Part shown: positions 33,940 through 45,064 of the stretch, piece after piece | Position numbering within the stretch: the first letter of the stretch is position 1 | Layout: each line of letters starts with the position of its first letter | Assembly (NCBI GenBank): GCA_964651695.1 | Contig: CAZYYP010000003.1 | Coordinates: forward strand, 1-49,584 | Origin: an uncultured Gaiellales bacterium | Lineage (GTDB): Bacteria > Actinomycetota > Thermoleophilia > Gaiellales > JALYLC01 | Direction: 5' to 3' | DNA length: 49,584 nt | Notes under the pieces: model-generated | Told to the model about the DNA's origin: nothing | What the model saw: only the letters and a program-made list of their open reading frames with translations | Databases searched by the model: none | Program-made: the position numbers and the translations under genes

Positions 33940-34472
33940 AGATCCCGCGCACGCCATCGCAGACGGTCGGGCCGTTCTTCGCATTCGCGCTCATGACGAG
34001 GCCGATGGTCGTCGCAGCCGATGCAGCGGGCGCGATCCGCATCGAGGGCCGGGTGCTCGACGGCGCCGGCGAGCCGGTGCCGGACGGGCTCGTCGAGATC
34101 TGGGGGCCCGACGGCGACGGCCGCTACACCGGCAGCGCCGGCTGGGGCCGCAGCGACACGGGACCGGACGGGGGCTACGCGTTTACGACCGTCAAGCCGG
34201 GCGCCGTGAGCGAGCCCGACGGCTGCGTCCAGGCACCGCACCTGAGCGTGCTGTGTTTCGCGCGCGGCCTGCTCAAGCCGGTGCTCACCCGCATCTACTT
34301 CCCGGACGAGTTGGAGGCGAACGCGGCGGATCCGTTGCTGCACGCGCTCTCGGACGACGAGCGCGCGACGCTCGTGGCGGAGCCGGCGGGGCCGGGCGGC
34401 TACCGCTTCGACATCCGGCTGCAGGGCGACGACCAGACCGTCTTCTTCACGACGCCGGCCTCCGGCCTGTGA
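33936..34472 (+). CDS. pcaG: Protocatechuate 3,4-dioxygenase alpha subunit
   Basis: GTG at 33936 overlaps the pcaH stop as GTGA. TPSQTVGPFFAFAL...VEIWGPDGDGRY...GGYAFTTVKPG...APHLSVLCFARGLLKPVLTRIYFPDE. Confidence 0.9.
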   Translation: MKIPRTPSQTVGPFFAFALMTRPMVVAADAAGAIRIEGRVLDGAGEPVPDGLVEIWGPDGDGRYTGSAGWGRSDTGPDGGYAFTTVKPGAVSEPDGCVQAPHLSVLCFARGLLKPVLTRIYFPDELEANAADPLLHALSDDERATLVAEPAGPGGYRFDIRLQGDDQTVFFTTPASGL

Positions 34473-35245
34473 CCTACTCGCGCATCGACGGCCCCGCGGA
34501 TGCGCCGGTGGTCGTGCTCTCCAACTCGCTCGGCACGACGCTTGCGATGTGGGAGCCGCAGCTGCCGATGCTCGCCGAGCGGTTCGCGGTGCTGCGCTAC
34601 GACCACCCGGGCCATGGCGAGGGGCGCGGGGCGGCGACGCCGCATTCGGTCGAGGACCTCGCGCGCGGCGTCCTCGCGATCCTCGACGAGCGCGAACTCG
34701 CGCGCGCGTCCTTCTGCGGCCTCTCCCTGGGAGGCGCCGTCGGCATGTGGCTCGCGATGTACGCGCCGGAGCGCATCGACCGCCTCGTGCTCGCATGCAC
34801 CTCGGCGCGCTTCGGCCTCCGCGAGAGCTGGCTCGAGCGCGCGGCCACCGTGCGGGCCGAGGGCATGGAGGCGATCGCCGACGCGGTGCTCGCGCTGTGG
34901 TTCACGCCGCAGACCCACCACGAGCGCCCCGACGTCGTGCGGGCCTACCGGGCGATGATGGTGTCGGCCGAGCCCGAGGGCTACGCGGGCTGCTGCGAGG
35001 CACTCGGCGACTGGGATCCCGGCGACGCGCTGGCGGCGATCCGCGCACCCGTGCTCGTACTCGCCGGGAGCGATGACCCGGCAGCGCCGCCTGACCGGGC
35101 CGAGGCGATCCGGGATCGCATTCCGGGCGCGCGCCTGATCGTGCTGCCGGGCGCCGGGCACATCGCCAACGTCGAGCAGCCCGAGGCCTTCGGTGACCTC
35201 CTGATCGAGCACCTGACGGCGCGCCCCGCGGTGGAGGTTGCATGA
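34469..35245 (+). CDS. pcaD: 3-oxoadipate enol-lactonase
   Basis: GTG at 34469 overlaps the pcaG stop as GTGA. VVVLSNSLGTTLAMWEPQLPMLAERFAVLRYDHPGHGE and nucleophile elbow GLSLGG. Cluster context supports the call. Confidence 0.85.
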   Translation: MTYSRIDGPADAPVVVLSNSLGTTLAMWEPQLPMLAERFAVLRYDHPGHGEGRGAATPHSVEDLARGVLAILDERELARASFCGLSLGGAVGMWLAMYAPERIDRLVLACTSARFGLRESWLERAATVRAEGMEAIADAVLALWFTPQTHHERPDVVRAYRAMMVSAEPEGYAGCCEALGDWDPGDALAAIRAPVLVLAGSDDPAAPPDRAEAIRDRIPGARLIVLPGAGHIANVEQPEAFGDLLIEHLTARPAVEVA

Positions 35246-35634
35246 GCACGGAGTCCGGTGACGACGCCTACGGGCGGGGCATGCGGATCCGGCGCGAGGT
35301 GCTCGGAGACGCGCACGTCGACGCTTCGATCGCGCGTACGACCGACTTCACCGCCGACTTCCAGGAGCTGATCACGCGTCAGGCCTGGGGTGGCATCTGG
35401 GCGCGGCCGGGCCTCGAGCGGCGCATGCGCAGCGCGATCACCCTGACGGCGCTCGTCGCGCTCGGGCGCGACGAGGAGCTGAAGATGCACGTGCGCGCAG
35501 CGCTGCGCAACGGCCTCACGCGCGACGAGATCAAGGAGGTGCTGCTGCAGACCTCCGTCTACTGCGGCGTGCCTGCCGCCAACACCGCCTTCGCGATCGC
35601 CCAGAGCGTGCTCGACGAGGAGGACTCGCCATGA
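35242..35634 (+). CDS. pcaC: 4-carboxymuconolactone decarboxylase
   Basis: ATGA overlap with pca[16 protein letters not shown]...[74 protein letters not shown]. Confidence 0.9.
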   Translation: MSTESGDDAYGRGMRIRREVLGDAHVDASIARTTDFTADFQELITRQAWGGIWARPGLERRMRSAITLTALVALGRDEELKMHVRAALRNGLTRDEIKEVLLQTSVYCGVPAANTAFAIAQSVLDEEDSP

Positions 35635-36812
35635 CGCGGGCGGTGCTGCTCTCGGCCGTGCGGACGCCGATCGGCCGTCACGGCGGTGCGCTCGCGCAGG
35701 TGCGTCCCGACGATCTCGCGGCGCTCGTCGTCGCGGCCGCGGTCGAGCGTGCCGGGGTGGATCCCGAGGAGATCGAGGACGTCTACCTCGGCTGTGCCAA
35801 CCAGGCGGGCGAGGACAATCGCAACGTGGCGCGGATGGCGGCGCTGCTCGCGGGGTTGCCGCAGTCGGTCGCGGGCGTGACCGTCAACCGCCTGTGCGCG
35901 TCGGGCCTCGCGGCGATCACGGCGGCCTGCCATGCCGTTATCGCCGGCGACGGCGAGCTCTTCGTGGCCGGTGGGGTCGAGTCGATGAGCCGCGCGCCGC
36001 TCGTGACGGCCAAGCCCGACCGGGCGTTTCCGCGCGGGGATCGGACGCTCTACGACACGACGCTCGGCTGGCGCTTCCCGAACCCGGCGATGGAGGCGAT
36101 GTTCCCGCTCGAGAGCATGGGCGAGACGGGCGAGAACGTGGCCGAGCGCTACGGCGTCAGCCGCGAGGATCAGGATGCGTTCGCGCTTCGCTCGCAGCAG
36201 CGCTGGGCCGTGGCGCAGGCGGCCGGGCGGTTCGCGGACGAGCTCGTGCCCGTGGACGGCGTGGAGGTCGACGAACACCCCCGCCCGGACACGAGCGAGG
36301 CGGCGCTCGCCAAGCTGCGCCCCGCGTTCCGCGCCAACGGCAGCGTGACGGCGGGCAACTCGAGCGGCATCAACGACGGCGCGGCCGCGGTCGTGATCGC
36401 GAGCGAGGAGCGCGCACGCGCCCTCGGCGCCGAGCCGCTCCTGCGCTTCGCGGGCAGCGCCGTGGCGGGCGTCGACCCGCGCGTCATGGGCATCGGCCCG
36501 ATACCGGCCGTGCGCAAGCTGCTCGCGCGCACCGGCCTCGCCGCCGGCGACCTCGACCTGGTCGAGCTCAACGAGGCCTTCGCGTCGCAGAGCCTGGCCG
36601 TCGTGCGCGAGCTCGGGCTCGACCCCGAGCGCGTCAACGTCAACGGCGGGGCGATCGCACTCGGCCACCCGCTCGGCATGAGCGGCGCGCGCCTCGTCGT
36701 CTCGCTCGCACACGAGCTCCGCCGCCGAGGTGGCCGCTGGGGACTCGCCACGCTCTGCGTCGGCGTCGGACAGGGCCAGGCCGCGCTCTTCGAGCGCACG
36801 GCAGGGCCCTGA
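35631..36812 (+). CDS. pcaF: 3-oxoadipyl-CoA thiolase / acetyl-CoA C-acyltransferase
   Basis: ATGA overlap with pcaC. Thiolase motifs VNRLCASGL (active Cys), [27 protein letters not shown] and CVGVGQG. Confidence 0.9.
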   Translation: MTRAVLLSAVRTPIGRHGGALAQVRPDDLAALVVAAAVERAGVDPEEIEDVYLGCANQAGEDNRNVARMAALLAGLPQSVAGVTVNRLCASGLAAITAACHAVIAGDGELFVAGGVESMSRAPLVTAKPDRAFPRGDRTLYDTTLGWRFPNPAMEAMFPLESMGETGENVAERYGVSREDQDAFALRSQQRWAVAQAAGRFADELVPVDGVEVDEHPRPDTSEAALAKLRPAFRANGSVTAGNSSGINDGAAAVVIASEERARALGAEPLLRFAGSAVAGVDPRVMGIGPIPAVRKLLARTGLAAGDLDLVELNEAFASQSLAVVRELGLDPERVNVNGGAIALGHPLGMSGARLVVSLAHELRRRGGRWGLATLCVGVGQGQAALFERTAGP

Positions 36813-37984
36813 TGCGCACGCAGGTCGGCATCGTCGGCGCCGGCCCCGCGGGACTCATGCTGGCGCGGCTCCTGCAGCTCCAGGGCATCGAGTCGGTCGT
36901 GCTCGAGGCACGCGGCCGCGAGCACGTCGAGCAGCGCATCCGCGCCGGGGTGCTCGAGCAGGGCACGGTCGACCTGCTCGACGAGGCCGGCGTGGGCGAG
37001 CGCATGCGGCGCGAGGGCCTCGTGCATCACGGCATCGAGCTGCAGTTCGGCGGCGAACGGCACCGGATCCCGCTCAGCGAGCTCGCCGGCGGCCGCAGCA
37101 TCGTCGTCTACGGCCAGACCGAGGTCGTCAAGGACCTGATCGAGGCGCGGCTCGCCAGCGGCGCGCCCCTGCACTTCGACGTGGCCGACGTCAGCGTGCA
37201 CGGGCTCACGGACGAGCGACCCGTGATCCGCTTCGTCGCCGACGGCCGCCCGCAGGAGCTGGAGTGCGACTTCATCGCCGGCTGCGACGGGTTCCACGGC
37301 ATCTGCCGCGCGAGCATCCCCGAGGGCGTGCTGCATACCTTCGCGCGCGAGTACCCCTTCGGCTGGCTCGGCATCCTGGCCGCCGTCGCGCCCTCCAGCG
37401 AGGAGCTCGTCTACGCCCACCACGAGCGCGGCTTCGCACTGCACAGCCTGCGCTCGCCGGAGCTCAGCCGCCTCTACGTGCAGTGCCGGCCCGACGAGGA
37501 CATCGCCGAGTGGCCCGACGAGCGCATCTGGGCCGAGTTGCAGACGCGCCTCGGCATCGACGGGTGGACGCTCGCCGAGGGTGAGGTGCTCGAGAAGGGC
37601 GTGACCGGCATGCGAAGCTTCGTCGCTGAGCCGATGCGCCATGGACGCCTCTATCTCGCCGGCGATGCCGCGCACATCGTGCCGCCGACGGGTGCCAAGG
37701 GGCTCAACCTCGCGATCGCGGACGTCCGCGTGCTCGCCTCAGCGCTCGCACGCTGGGCGCGATCGGGCTCGACGGAGCTGCTGGACGCCTACTCGGACAC
37801 GTGTCTGCGGCGCGTGTGGCGGGCCGAGCACTTCTCGTGGTGGATGACCTCGATGCTCCACCGCTCACCCGACGGCGATGCGTTCGACCGGCAACTCCAG
37901 CTCTCGCAGCTCCGCAACGTCGTGACCTCGCGCGCGGCCGCGACCGTGCTGGCCGAGAACTACGTCGGCCTCGAGACCGTCTGA
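36812..37984 (+). CDS. pobA: 4-hydroxybenzoate 3-monooxygenase
   Basis: ATG at 36812 shares 1 nt with the pcaF stop (TGATG). [32 protein letters not shown]...CDFIAGCDGFHGICR...YPFGWLGILA...LYLAGDAAHIVPPTGAKGLNLA. Confidence 0.95.
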   Translation: MRTQVGIVGAGPAGLMLARLLQLQGIESVVLEARGREHVEQRIRAGVLEQGTVDLLDEAGVGERMRREGLVHHGIELQFGGERHRIPLSELAGGRSIVVYGQTEVVKDLIEARLASGAPLHFDVADVSVHGLTDERPVIRFVADGRPQELECDFIAGCDGFHGICRASIPEGVLHTFAREYPFGWLGILAAVAPSSEELVYAHHERGFALHSLRSPELSRLYVQCRPDEDIAEWPDERIWAELQTRLGIDGWTLAEGEVLEKGVTGMRSFVAEPMRHGRLYLAGDAAHIVPPTGAKGLNLAIADVRVLASALARWARSGSTELLDAYSDTCLRRVWRAEHFSWWMTSMLHRSPDGDAFDRQLQLSQLRNVVTSRAAATVLAENYVGLETV

Positions 37985-39297
37985 TGTTCGACGAGATCTT
38001 CACCCCGCGCGCCCTGCTCGACGAGCTCGGCGACCAGGCCTGGCTGCAGGCGATGCTCGACGCCGAGCGCGCCCTGGCGGCCGCCGAGGCGGCCACCGGC
38101 GTGATTCCCCAAGCGGCCGCCGAGGCGATCGGCGCGGCATGCCGCGCCGAGCTGTTCGAGAGCGGGCACATCGCCGGCGAGGGCCGGCACTCGGGCAATC
38201 CCGCCGAGCCGCTCGTGCGCGCGCTGCGCGCTGCCGTGGGCGGCGAGGCAGCGGACTCGGTGCATTACGGCGCGACCAGCCAGGACATCGTCGACACCGC
38301 CGCGATGCTCGTCAGCCGGCGTGCCCTCGAGCTCGTCCTGGGCGACGTCGCGACGGCGGCGGCGGCCTGCGCGGCACTCGCAGATGCGCACCGCGCGACG
38401 CCGATGGTGGCGCGCACGCTGCTCCAGCACGCGCTGCCGACGACGTTCGGATACAAGGCCGCGACCTGGCTCGCGGGCCTGCTCGAAGCGCAGCAGCTCG
38501 TGCTCGCCGCGCGCGAGCGGCTCGCGGCGCAACTGGGAGGGGCTGCCGGCACGCTGGCCGCGCTCGGCGAGCACGGGCCGGCGGTCGCTGCGCGCTTCGC
38601 GAGCGAGCTCGGCTTGCCCGAGCCGCCGCTTCCGTGGCACACCTCGCGCGTGCGCGTCGCCGCCCTGGGGTCGGCCCTCGCGACGCTCGCCGGGGCGCTC
38701 GGAAAGATCGCCCTCGACATCGTGCTGCTGGCCCAGACCGAGGTCGGCGAGGTCGGTGAGCCCGGCGGCGAGGGCCGCGGCGGATCGTCGACGATGGCGC
38801 ACAAGCACAACCCGATCGGATCGACGCTGGCGCTCGCTTCGGCCCGGCGCGCCCAGGCCTACGCCGGCCTGCTGACGGGGAGCCTCGTCCAGGAGCACGA
38901 GCGCGCCACCGGCGCCTGGCATGCCGAATGGGACGGCATCACCGGCGTGCTCGCTGCGGCGGGCGGAGCGGCATCGGCGATGGCCGAGGTGCTGGGAGGG
39001 CTCGAGGTGCATCCGGAGCGCATGCGCGCCAACCTCGAGCTCACGCGAGGCCTGGTGCTCTCCGAGCGCCTCGTCTTCGCGCTCGCGGGCCGGATCGGCC
39101 GGGCCGGCGCGCGGGCGGCGGTGAGCGAGGCCACGGCGCGAGCGCTGGAGCGGGGCACCCTGCTGCGCGACGAGCTCGACGCCGATCGGCGCGTGCCGCT
39201 GACCGCGGCCGAGCTCGACGCGGAGTTCGACCCCGAGACGTACCTGGGCGCGGCCGAGGTGTTCATCGACCGCGCCCTGGATCTCTACCGCGGGTAG
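37984..39297 (+). CDS. pcaB: 3-carboxy-cis,cis-muconate cycloisomerase
   Basis: ATG at 37984 shares 1 nt with the pobA stop. Fumarase/ASL superfamily motifs YGATSQDIVDTA and GSSTMAHKHNPIGS. Cluster context supports the call. Confidence 0.9.
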   Translation: MFDEIFTPRALLDELGDQAWLQAMLDAERALAAAEAATGVIPQAAAEAIGAACRAELFESGHIAGEGRHSGNPAEPLVRALRAAVGGEAADSVHYGATSQDIVDTAAMLVSRRALELVLGDVATAAAACAALADAHRATPMVARTLLQHALPTTFGYKAATWLAGLLEAQQLVLAARERLAAQLGGAAGTLAALGEHGPAVAARFASELGLPEPPLPWHTSRVRVAALGSALATLAGALGKIALDIVLLAQTEVGEVGEPGGEGRGGSSTMAHKHNPIGSTLALASARRAQAYAGLLTGSLVQEHERATGAWHAEWDGITGVLAAAGGAASAMAEVLGGLEVHPERMRANLELTRGLVLSERLVFALAGRIGRAGARAAVSEATARALERGTLLRDELDADRRVPLTAAELDAEFDPETYLGAAEVFIDRALDLYRG

Positions 39298-39304
39298 CTC
39301 ACGT

Positions 39305-40390
39305 TCAGGAGGGGACGACGCGCAGGTTCACGAGCCTGCGTGCCGCGACTCCCGCGATGAGCTTCTGCCCGGCGACGCGCGCGCGGACGAACATCACGAG
39401 CGAGGCGCCGCGCTGGAGCGGCAGCTTGTGCGTCGGCTGCAGCGTCAGCGTGGCGGTGCCGTCGGAACCGGTCTTTACCTCCGCGGGGGTCGACGAGCGG
39501 CCGAACGGCAGGGCCTGGACGAACACGAGGGCGTTGCGCACGGAGAACCCGCGGGTGTCGGAGACGTGGATCTTGGCCGTGAACGCGGCGCGCGAGCTCA
39601 GCGGGTTGGGCGAGAACGACACCTTGTCGATCACGAGCAGCGCAGGCGAGGTGACGTCGGTCGCATCGATCGACTTGCCGCCCGAGGGCAGGGTCACGAC
39701 GCTCGCCGGCGCGAGCGCGGCGATCTGCCCGGTGGGGGCGGAGGTCTCGGTTGCGCTTCCGAGCGTGTTCTTGGCCGTCACGGAGACCCGGAGGGCCTTG
39801 CCGTCATCGGCTGCCACGAGCACGTAGGTCTTGGCGGTCGCGCCGGTGATCGGCACGCACGCGGCGCCCGTCGCATCACAGCGCGACCATGCGTACGCAA
39901 AGGCGATGGTCGCAGCGCCCGACCAGGTGCCGTCGGCTGCGATCAGCGTCTGGCCTTCGGTGAGCGTGCCCGACACGGTCGGCGGCGCGCTCGCCTGCGG
40001 CGCGGCACCGGCGGCGATGACCGCAGTCGCGGCCGAGGCGGCGTCGGTCGTGCCGCCGGCGTCAGTCGCGGTCTCGAGCACGCGATCGGTCTGACCGACG
40101 TCCGCCGAGGTCGGGACGTAGGTCGTCCCGGTGGCGCCGCTGATCGTCGCGCAGGCCGTGCCCGTATCGCTGCAGCGCTGCCAGACGTAGGCGACCGAGG
40201 TCGGCGGAGTGGCCCAGGTGGCCGGCGTCGCCGTCAGTGTCTGACCGGCCTTGGGCGTACCCGAGACGGTCGGGAGCGAGTTGACCGTAGGGCCCCCGGC
40301 GCCCGTGGCGCTCGCGGTGAACGCAGTCGCAGCGATTGCGGCGACGGCGAGCACAAGAGCGAGGGAGCGGACATGGCGTAGGTGCTTCAT
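39305..40390 (-). CDS. Secreted protein with two tandem Ig-like repeats and a C-terminal beta-rich domain (function unknown)
   Basis: ATG at 40390 with GGGAGG 8 nt upstream. Signal peptide MKHLRHVRSLALVLAVAAIAATAFTASA, followed by two units of about 97 aa. The upstream 147 codons of ORF 39305..40831 overlap crcB antisense. Confidence 0.7.
   Translation of the reverse strand: MKHLRHVRSLALVLAVAAIAATAFTASATGAGGPTVNSLPTVSGTPKAGQTLTATPATWATPPTSVAYVWQRCSDTGTACATISGATGTTYVPTSADVGQTDRVLETATDAGGTTDAASAATAVIAAGAAPQASAPPTVSGTLTEGQTLIAADGTWSGAATIAFAYAWSRCDATGAACVPITGATAKTYVLVAADDGKALRVSVTAKNTLGSATETSAPTGQIAALAPASVVTLPSGGKSIDATDVTSPALLVIDKVSFSPNPLSSRAAFTAKIHVSDTRGFSVRNALVFVQALPFGRSSTPAEVKTGSDGTATLTLQPTHKLPLQRGASLVMFVRARVAGQKLIAGVAARRLVNLRVVPS
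39725..40273 (-). repeat. Intragenic tandem duplication (2 x ~97 codons) encoding Ig-like modules
   Basis: Unit 1: PTVSGTPKAGQTLTATPATWATPPTSVAYVWQRCSDTGTACATISGATGTTYVPTSADVGQTDRV... Unit 2: PTVSGTLTEGQTLIAADGTWSGAATIAFAYAWSRCDATGAACVPITGATAKTYVLVAADDGKALRV... The conserved skeleton is PTVSGT..GQTL.A..G.W......Y.W.RC...G..C..I.GAT..TY....AD.G. Confidence 0.6.
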
Positions 40391-40555
40391 CGAGGGGACC
40401 TCCCGGGCGACATTGCCGAATGACCACACCCTTGCGCGCACTTGCAAGCAGAACCCGCACCGCGAGGTCAGGTTTCCGTAAGGGGGTTTTCTCACCACAT
40501 TCCCGGAACCTGCAGGTGAATCGCAGATCCGTGACTTCGTGCAAGCTGACGAGGC

Positions 40556-40930
40556 ATGCGGGAGCGGATCCTCGTCGCGATCTTCGCCGGCGGCGCCGCC
40601 GGCGGGCTGGCGCGTACGGCACTCGAGCGCGAATGGCCGGCGGACGGCCACAGCTGGCCGTGGGTGACGTTCGCCGTCAACATCGCGGGCACGGCGATCC
40701 TGGCCTACGTGGTCCTCGGGATGAGTGGCCGTCATTACGCCCGCCCGCTGCTCGGCATCGGCTTCTGCGGCGCTCTCACGACGTTCTCGACGCTGCAACT
40801 CGAAGCGCTCGAGCTGGCGCACCGGCATCACGTGTGGCTCGCGCTGGGCTACACCGCCGGAACCGTCGCCGGGGGCCTGCTCGTCGCAGGCGGCATGCGA
40901 GCGCTCATACGCCCGGCGAGGGCGTCGTGA
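40556..40930 (+). CDS. crcB: Fluoride ion channel CrcB/FluC (subunit 1)
   Basis: 124 aa with four TM segments. VAIFAGGAAGGLARTAL, TFAVNIAGTAILAY and GFCGALTTFSTLQLE are CrcB signatures. Confidence 0.9.
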   Translation: MRERILVAIFAGGAAGGLARTALEREWPADGHSWPWVTFAVNIAGTAILAYVVLGMSGRHYARPLLGIGFCGALTTFSTLQLEALELAHRHHVWLALGYTAGTVAGGLLVAGGMRALIRPARAS

Positions 40931-41292
40931 ACGCCGCGCTGTGGACCTGTGTCGCGCTCGTGAGCGGCACGGGCGCGGTCCTGCGCTACGCGCTGCACTC
41001 GGCCGTCCAGCGCCGCAGGGCGGACGCGTTCCCCCTCGGAACGCTGGTGGTCAACATCCTCGGCTCCCTGATCCTCGGCCTGCTCCACGGCGCCGGCGTG
41101 AGCGGCGACGGGGCGCTGCTCGTGGGCACGGCACTGCTCGGCTCGTTCACGACGTTCTCGGCCTGGATGTTCGAGACCGAGTTCCTCGCGGACAAGGACC
41201 ACGGGAGCATCGCCGCCGCCAACGTCGCGATCAGCCTCGTTCTCGGCCTCGCGGCGGTCGCGGCCGGCTGGGCCGTCGGCGCGGTCCTCTAG
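40927..41292 (+). CDS. crcB: Fluoride ion channel CrcB/FluC (subunit 2)
   Basis: GTG at 40927 overlaps the first crcB stop as GTGA and is in frame with ORF 40336..41292. GTLVVNILGSLILGLL and LGSFTTFSAWMFE. Confidence 0.9.
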   Translation: MNAALWTCVALVSGTGAVLRYALHSAVQRRRADAFPLGTLVVNILGSLILGLLHGAGVSGDGALLVGTALLGSFTTFSAWMFETEFLADKDHGSIAAANVAISLVLGLAAVAAGWAVGAVL

Positions 41293-41297
41293 GCGCT

Positions 41298-43121
<1,824 letters not shown>

Positions 43122-43140
43122 TAGTGCTCCGTCCCGGAGG

Positions 43141-43917
43141 TCACGAAGCGACCTCTGCCGTGGCGCACGGCGCGGTCAGTCTGGCGGCCTCGGCGGCGAG
43201 CATCGCGGCGCCGACGATGCCCGCGCGGTTCTGCAGCGCCGCGGGGACGCAGCGCACCCGCGCCGGCAGCTCGTGGATGAAGCGGTCGGCGTCCTTGCTC
43301 ACGCCGCCGCCGATGATCACGAGATCGGGCCAGAGCAGGGCGTCGATCGCCTCGAGGTACTCCGACAGCAGCTTGCCCCACTCCTGCCAGCTGAGGCCCT
43401 TCTGCTCCTTGATCGACGCTGCAGCACGGCGCTCGGCGTCCTTTCCGCGCACCTGCAGGTGCCCGAACTCGGTGTTCGGCACGAGCGCTCCGTCGCGGAA
43501 GAGCGCCGACCCGATGCCCGTGCCGAGTGTGAGCATCAGCACCGTCCCTCCCTCGCCGCGACCGGCGCCGAAGCGCATCTCGGCGAGTCCGGCGGCATCG
43601 GCATCGTTGCCGACGGTCAGCGGACGGTCGAGGGCGCCGGCGAACAGCGCGTCCACCTGGACGCCGATCCAGGACGCATCGACGTTGGCGGCGGTCTTTG
43701 CGACGCCGCCGAGGATCACGGCGGGAAAACCGACCCCGGCCGGCACGTCGTGCGGGAAGCCGGCCACGATCGACGCCGTCGCCCTGGCGACGGCCTTGGG
43801 CGTCGCGGGACGCGGTGTCTCGACGCGCACGCGCGGTGTCGTCAGCTCCCCCGTCGTCGTCTCGACGATCGCGGCCTTGATGCCGGTCCCGCCCACGTCG
43901 ATGCCGATCATCTGCAT
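43141..43917 (-). CDS. ppgK: Polyphosphate/ATP glucokinase, ROK family
   Basis: [18 protein letters not shown]...[18 protein letters not shown]...[12 protein letters not shown]...NTEFGHL, 258 aa. This is the characteristic PPGK pattern. Confidence 0.9.
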   Translation of the reverse strand: MQMIGIDVGGTGIKAAIVETTTGELTTPRVRVETPRPATPKAVARATASIVAGFPHDVPAGVGFPAVILGGVAKTAANVDASWIGVQVDALFAGALDRPLTVGNDADAAGLAEMRFGAGRGEGGTVLMLTLGTGIGSALFRDGALVPNTEFGHLQVRGKDAERRAAASIKEQKGLSWQEWGKLLSEYLEAIDALLWPDLVIIGGGVSKDADRFIHELPARVRCVPAALQNRAGIVGAAMLAAEAARLTAPCATAEVAS

Positions 43918-43961
43918 GCCAGGTCTCCGCGTTCTCTCGCCGGGGCCCTCACGTGCCCAGA

Positions 43962-43980
43962 CCGCACGTTACGCGTGCGG
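43962..43980. promoter_or_regulatory. Inverted repeat CCGCACG-ttacg-CGTGCGG in the ppgK / gnd divergent intergenic region
   Basis: 7-bp perfect arms read directly. It lies in the 105-bp gap between the divergent starts at 43917 and 44023. Function unknown. Confidence 0.2.
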
Positions 43981-44022
43981 GCGGCGTTTCGGGGTGGCGA
44001 GCCCGCATGCGAGACTTGGGCC

Positions 44023-45042
44023 ATGCAGCTGGCAATGATCGGCCTCGGGCGCATGGGCGCCAACATCGTCCGGCGCCTGATGGCCGACGGACACGAATGC
44101 GTGGTCTACGACGTCAACGAAGCGGCGATCCGGCAACTCGAGAGCGAGGGTGCCCTCGGAGCGCGCTCGCTGAAGGAGCTCGCGGGCAAGCTGACGACGC
44201 CGCGCGCGGCCTGGATCATGGTGCCCGCGGCGCTCACCGGCGCCACGGTGACCGAGCTCGCCGGCCTCTTCGAGCGGGGCGACATCATCATCGACGGCGG
44301 CAACAGCTACTACCGCGACGACATCGATCGCGCCGCCGCGCTCTCGGCCCGCGGCGTCCACTACGTCGACATCGGCACGAGCGGCGGCGTGTTCGGTCTG
44401 GAGCGCGGCTACTGCCTGATGATCGGCGGCGAGGATGGCACCGTCAGGCACCTCGACCCGATCTTCCGCACGCTCGCCCCGGGGGTGGACATGGCGCCGC
44501 GGACGCCGGGACGGCGCGGCCCGGCAGGACAGGCCGAGCACGGCTATCTGCACTGCGGCGCGAACGGCGCCGGGCACTTCGTGAAGATGGTGCACAACGG
44601 CATCGAGTACGGGATGATGGCCGCGATCGCCGAGGGCCTCGCGATCCTCAAGAAGGCCGACATCGGCCTCCAGGAGCACGCCAAGGACGCCGAGACGGCG
44701 CCCTTGCGCGACCCGGAGTACTACCGCTACACGCTCGATCTCCCCGAGGTCGCCGAGGTCTGGCGGCGCGGCAGCGTCGTCAGCTCGTGGCTGCTCGACC
44801 TCACGGCGGCCGCGCTGAAGGAGGATCCCGACGTCTCCAGCTTCTCCGGCCACGTCTCCGATTCGGGCGAGGGGCGCTGGACGGTGCTCGCCGCGATCGA
44901 CGAGGCCGTGCCCGCGCACGTGCTCGCGGCCGCGCTCTACGAGCGCTTCAGCTCGCGCGGCGAGGCCGACTACGCCGACAAGCTGCTCTCGGCGCTGCGC
45001 AAGCAGTTCGGCGGCCACGAGGAGCAGCAGCCACCGGCGTGA
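44023..45042 (+). CDS. gnd: 6-phosphogluconate dehydrogenase (decarboxylating), short-form Gnd/YqeC-like
   Basis: ATG at 44023 is in frame with ORF 43111..45042. [31 protein letters not shown]...[10 protein letters not shown]...[19 protein letters not shown]...[13 protein letters not shown]. Confidence 0.9.
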   Translation: MQLAMIGLGRMGANIVRRLMADGHECVVYDVNEAAIRQLESEGALGARSLKELAGKLTTPRAAWIMVPAALTGATVTELAGLFERGDIIIDGGNSYYRDDIDRAAALSARGVHYVDIGTSGGVFGLERGYCLMIGGEDGTVRHLDPIFRTLAPGVDMAPRTPGRRGPAGQAEHGYLHCGANGAGHFVKMVHNGIEYGMMAAIAEGLAILKKADIGLQEHAKDAETAPLRDPEYYRYTLDLPEVAEVWRRGSVVSSWLLDLTAAALKEDPDVSSFSGHVSDSGEGRWTVLAAIDEAVPAHVLAAALYERFSSRGEADYADKLLSALRKQFGGHEEQQPPA

Positions 45043-45064
45043 CCGCCCTGCGCACCCGGGGGTC

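Noticed and set aside
40443-40549. Direct repeat TGCAAGC(A/T)GA at 40443-40452 and 40540-49, and the palindrome CTTGCAAG at 40441-40448
   Set aside because: These are short (10 nt, 9/10 identity) and about 97 nt apart with no supporting symmetry or context. They could easily be chance.
40391-40555. Fluoride (crcB-motif) riboswitch upstream of crcB
   Set aside because: It was expected from context, but I could not thread the conserved P1 loop, AAAC linker, P3 and pseudoknot onto the sequence. Only GCUGACGAGGC loosely resembles the 3' arm. It needs a covariance-model search before being called.
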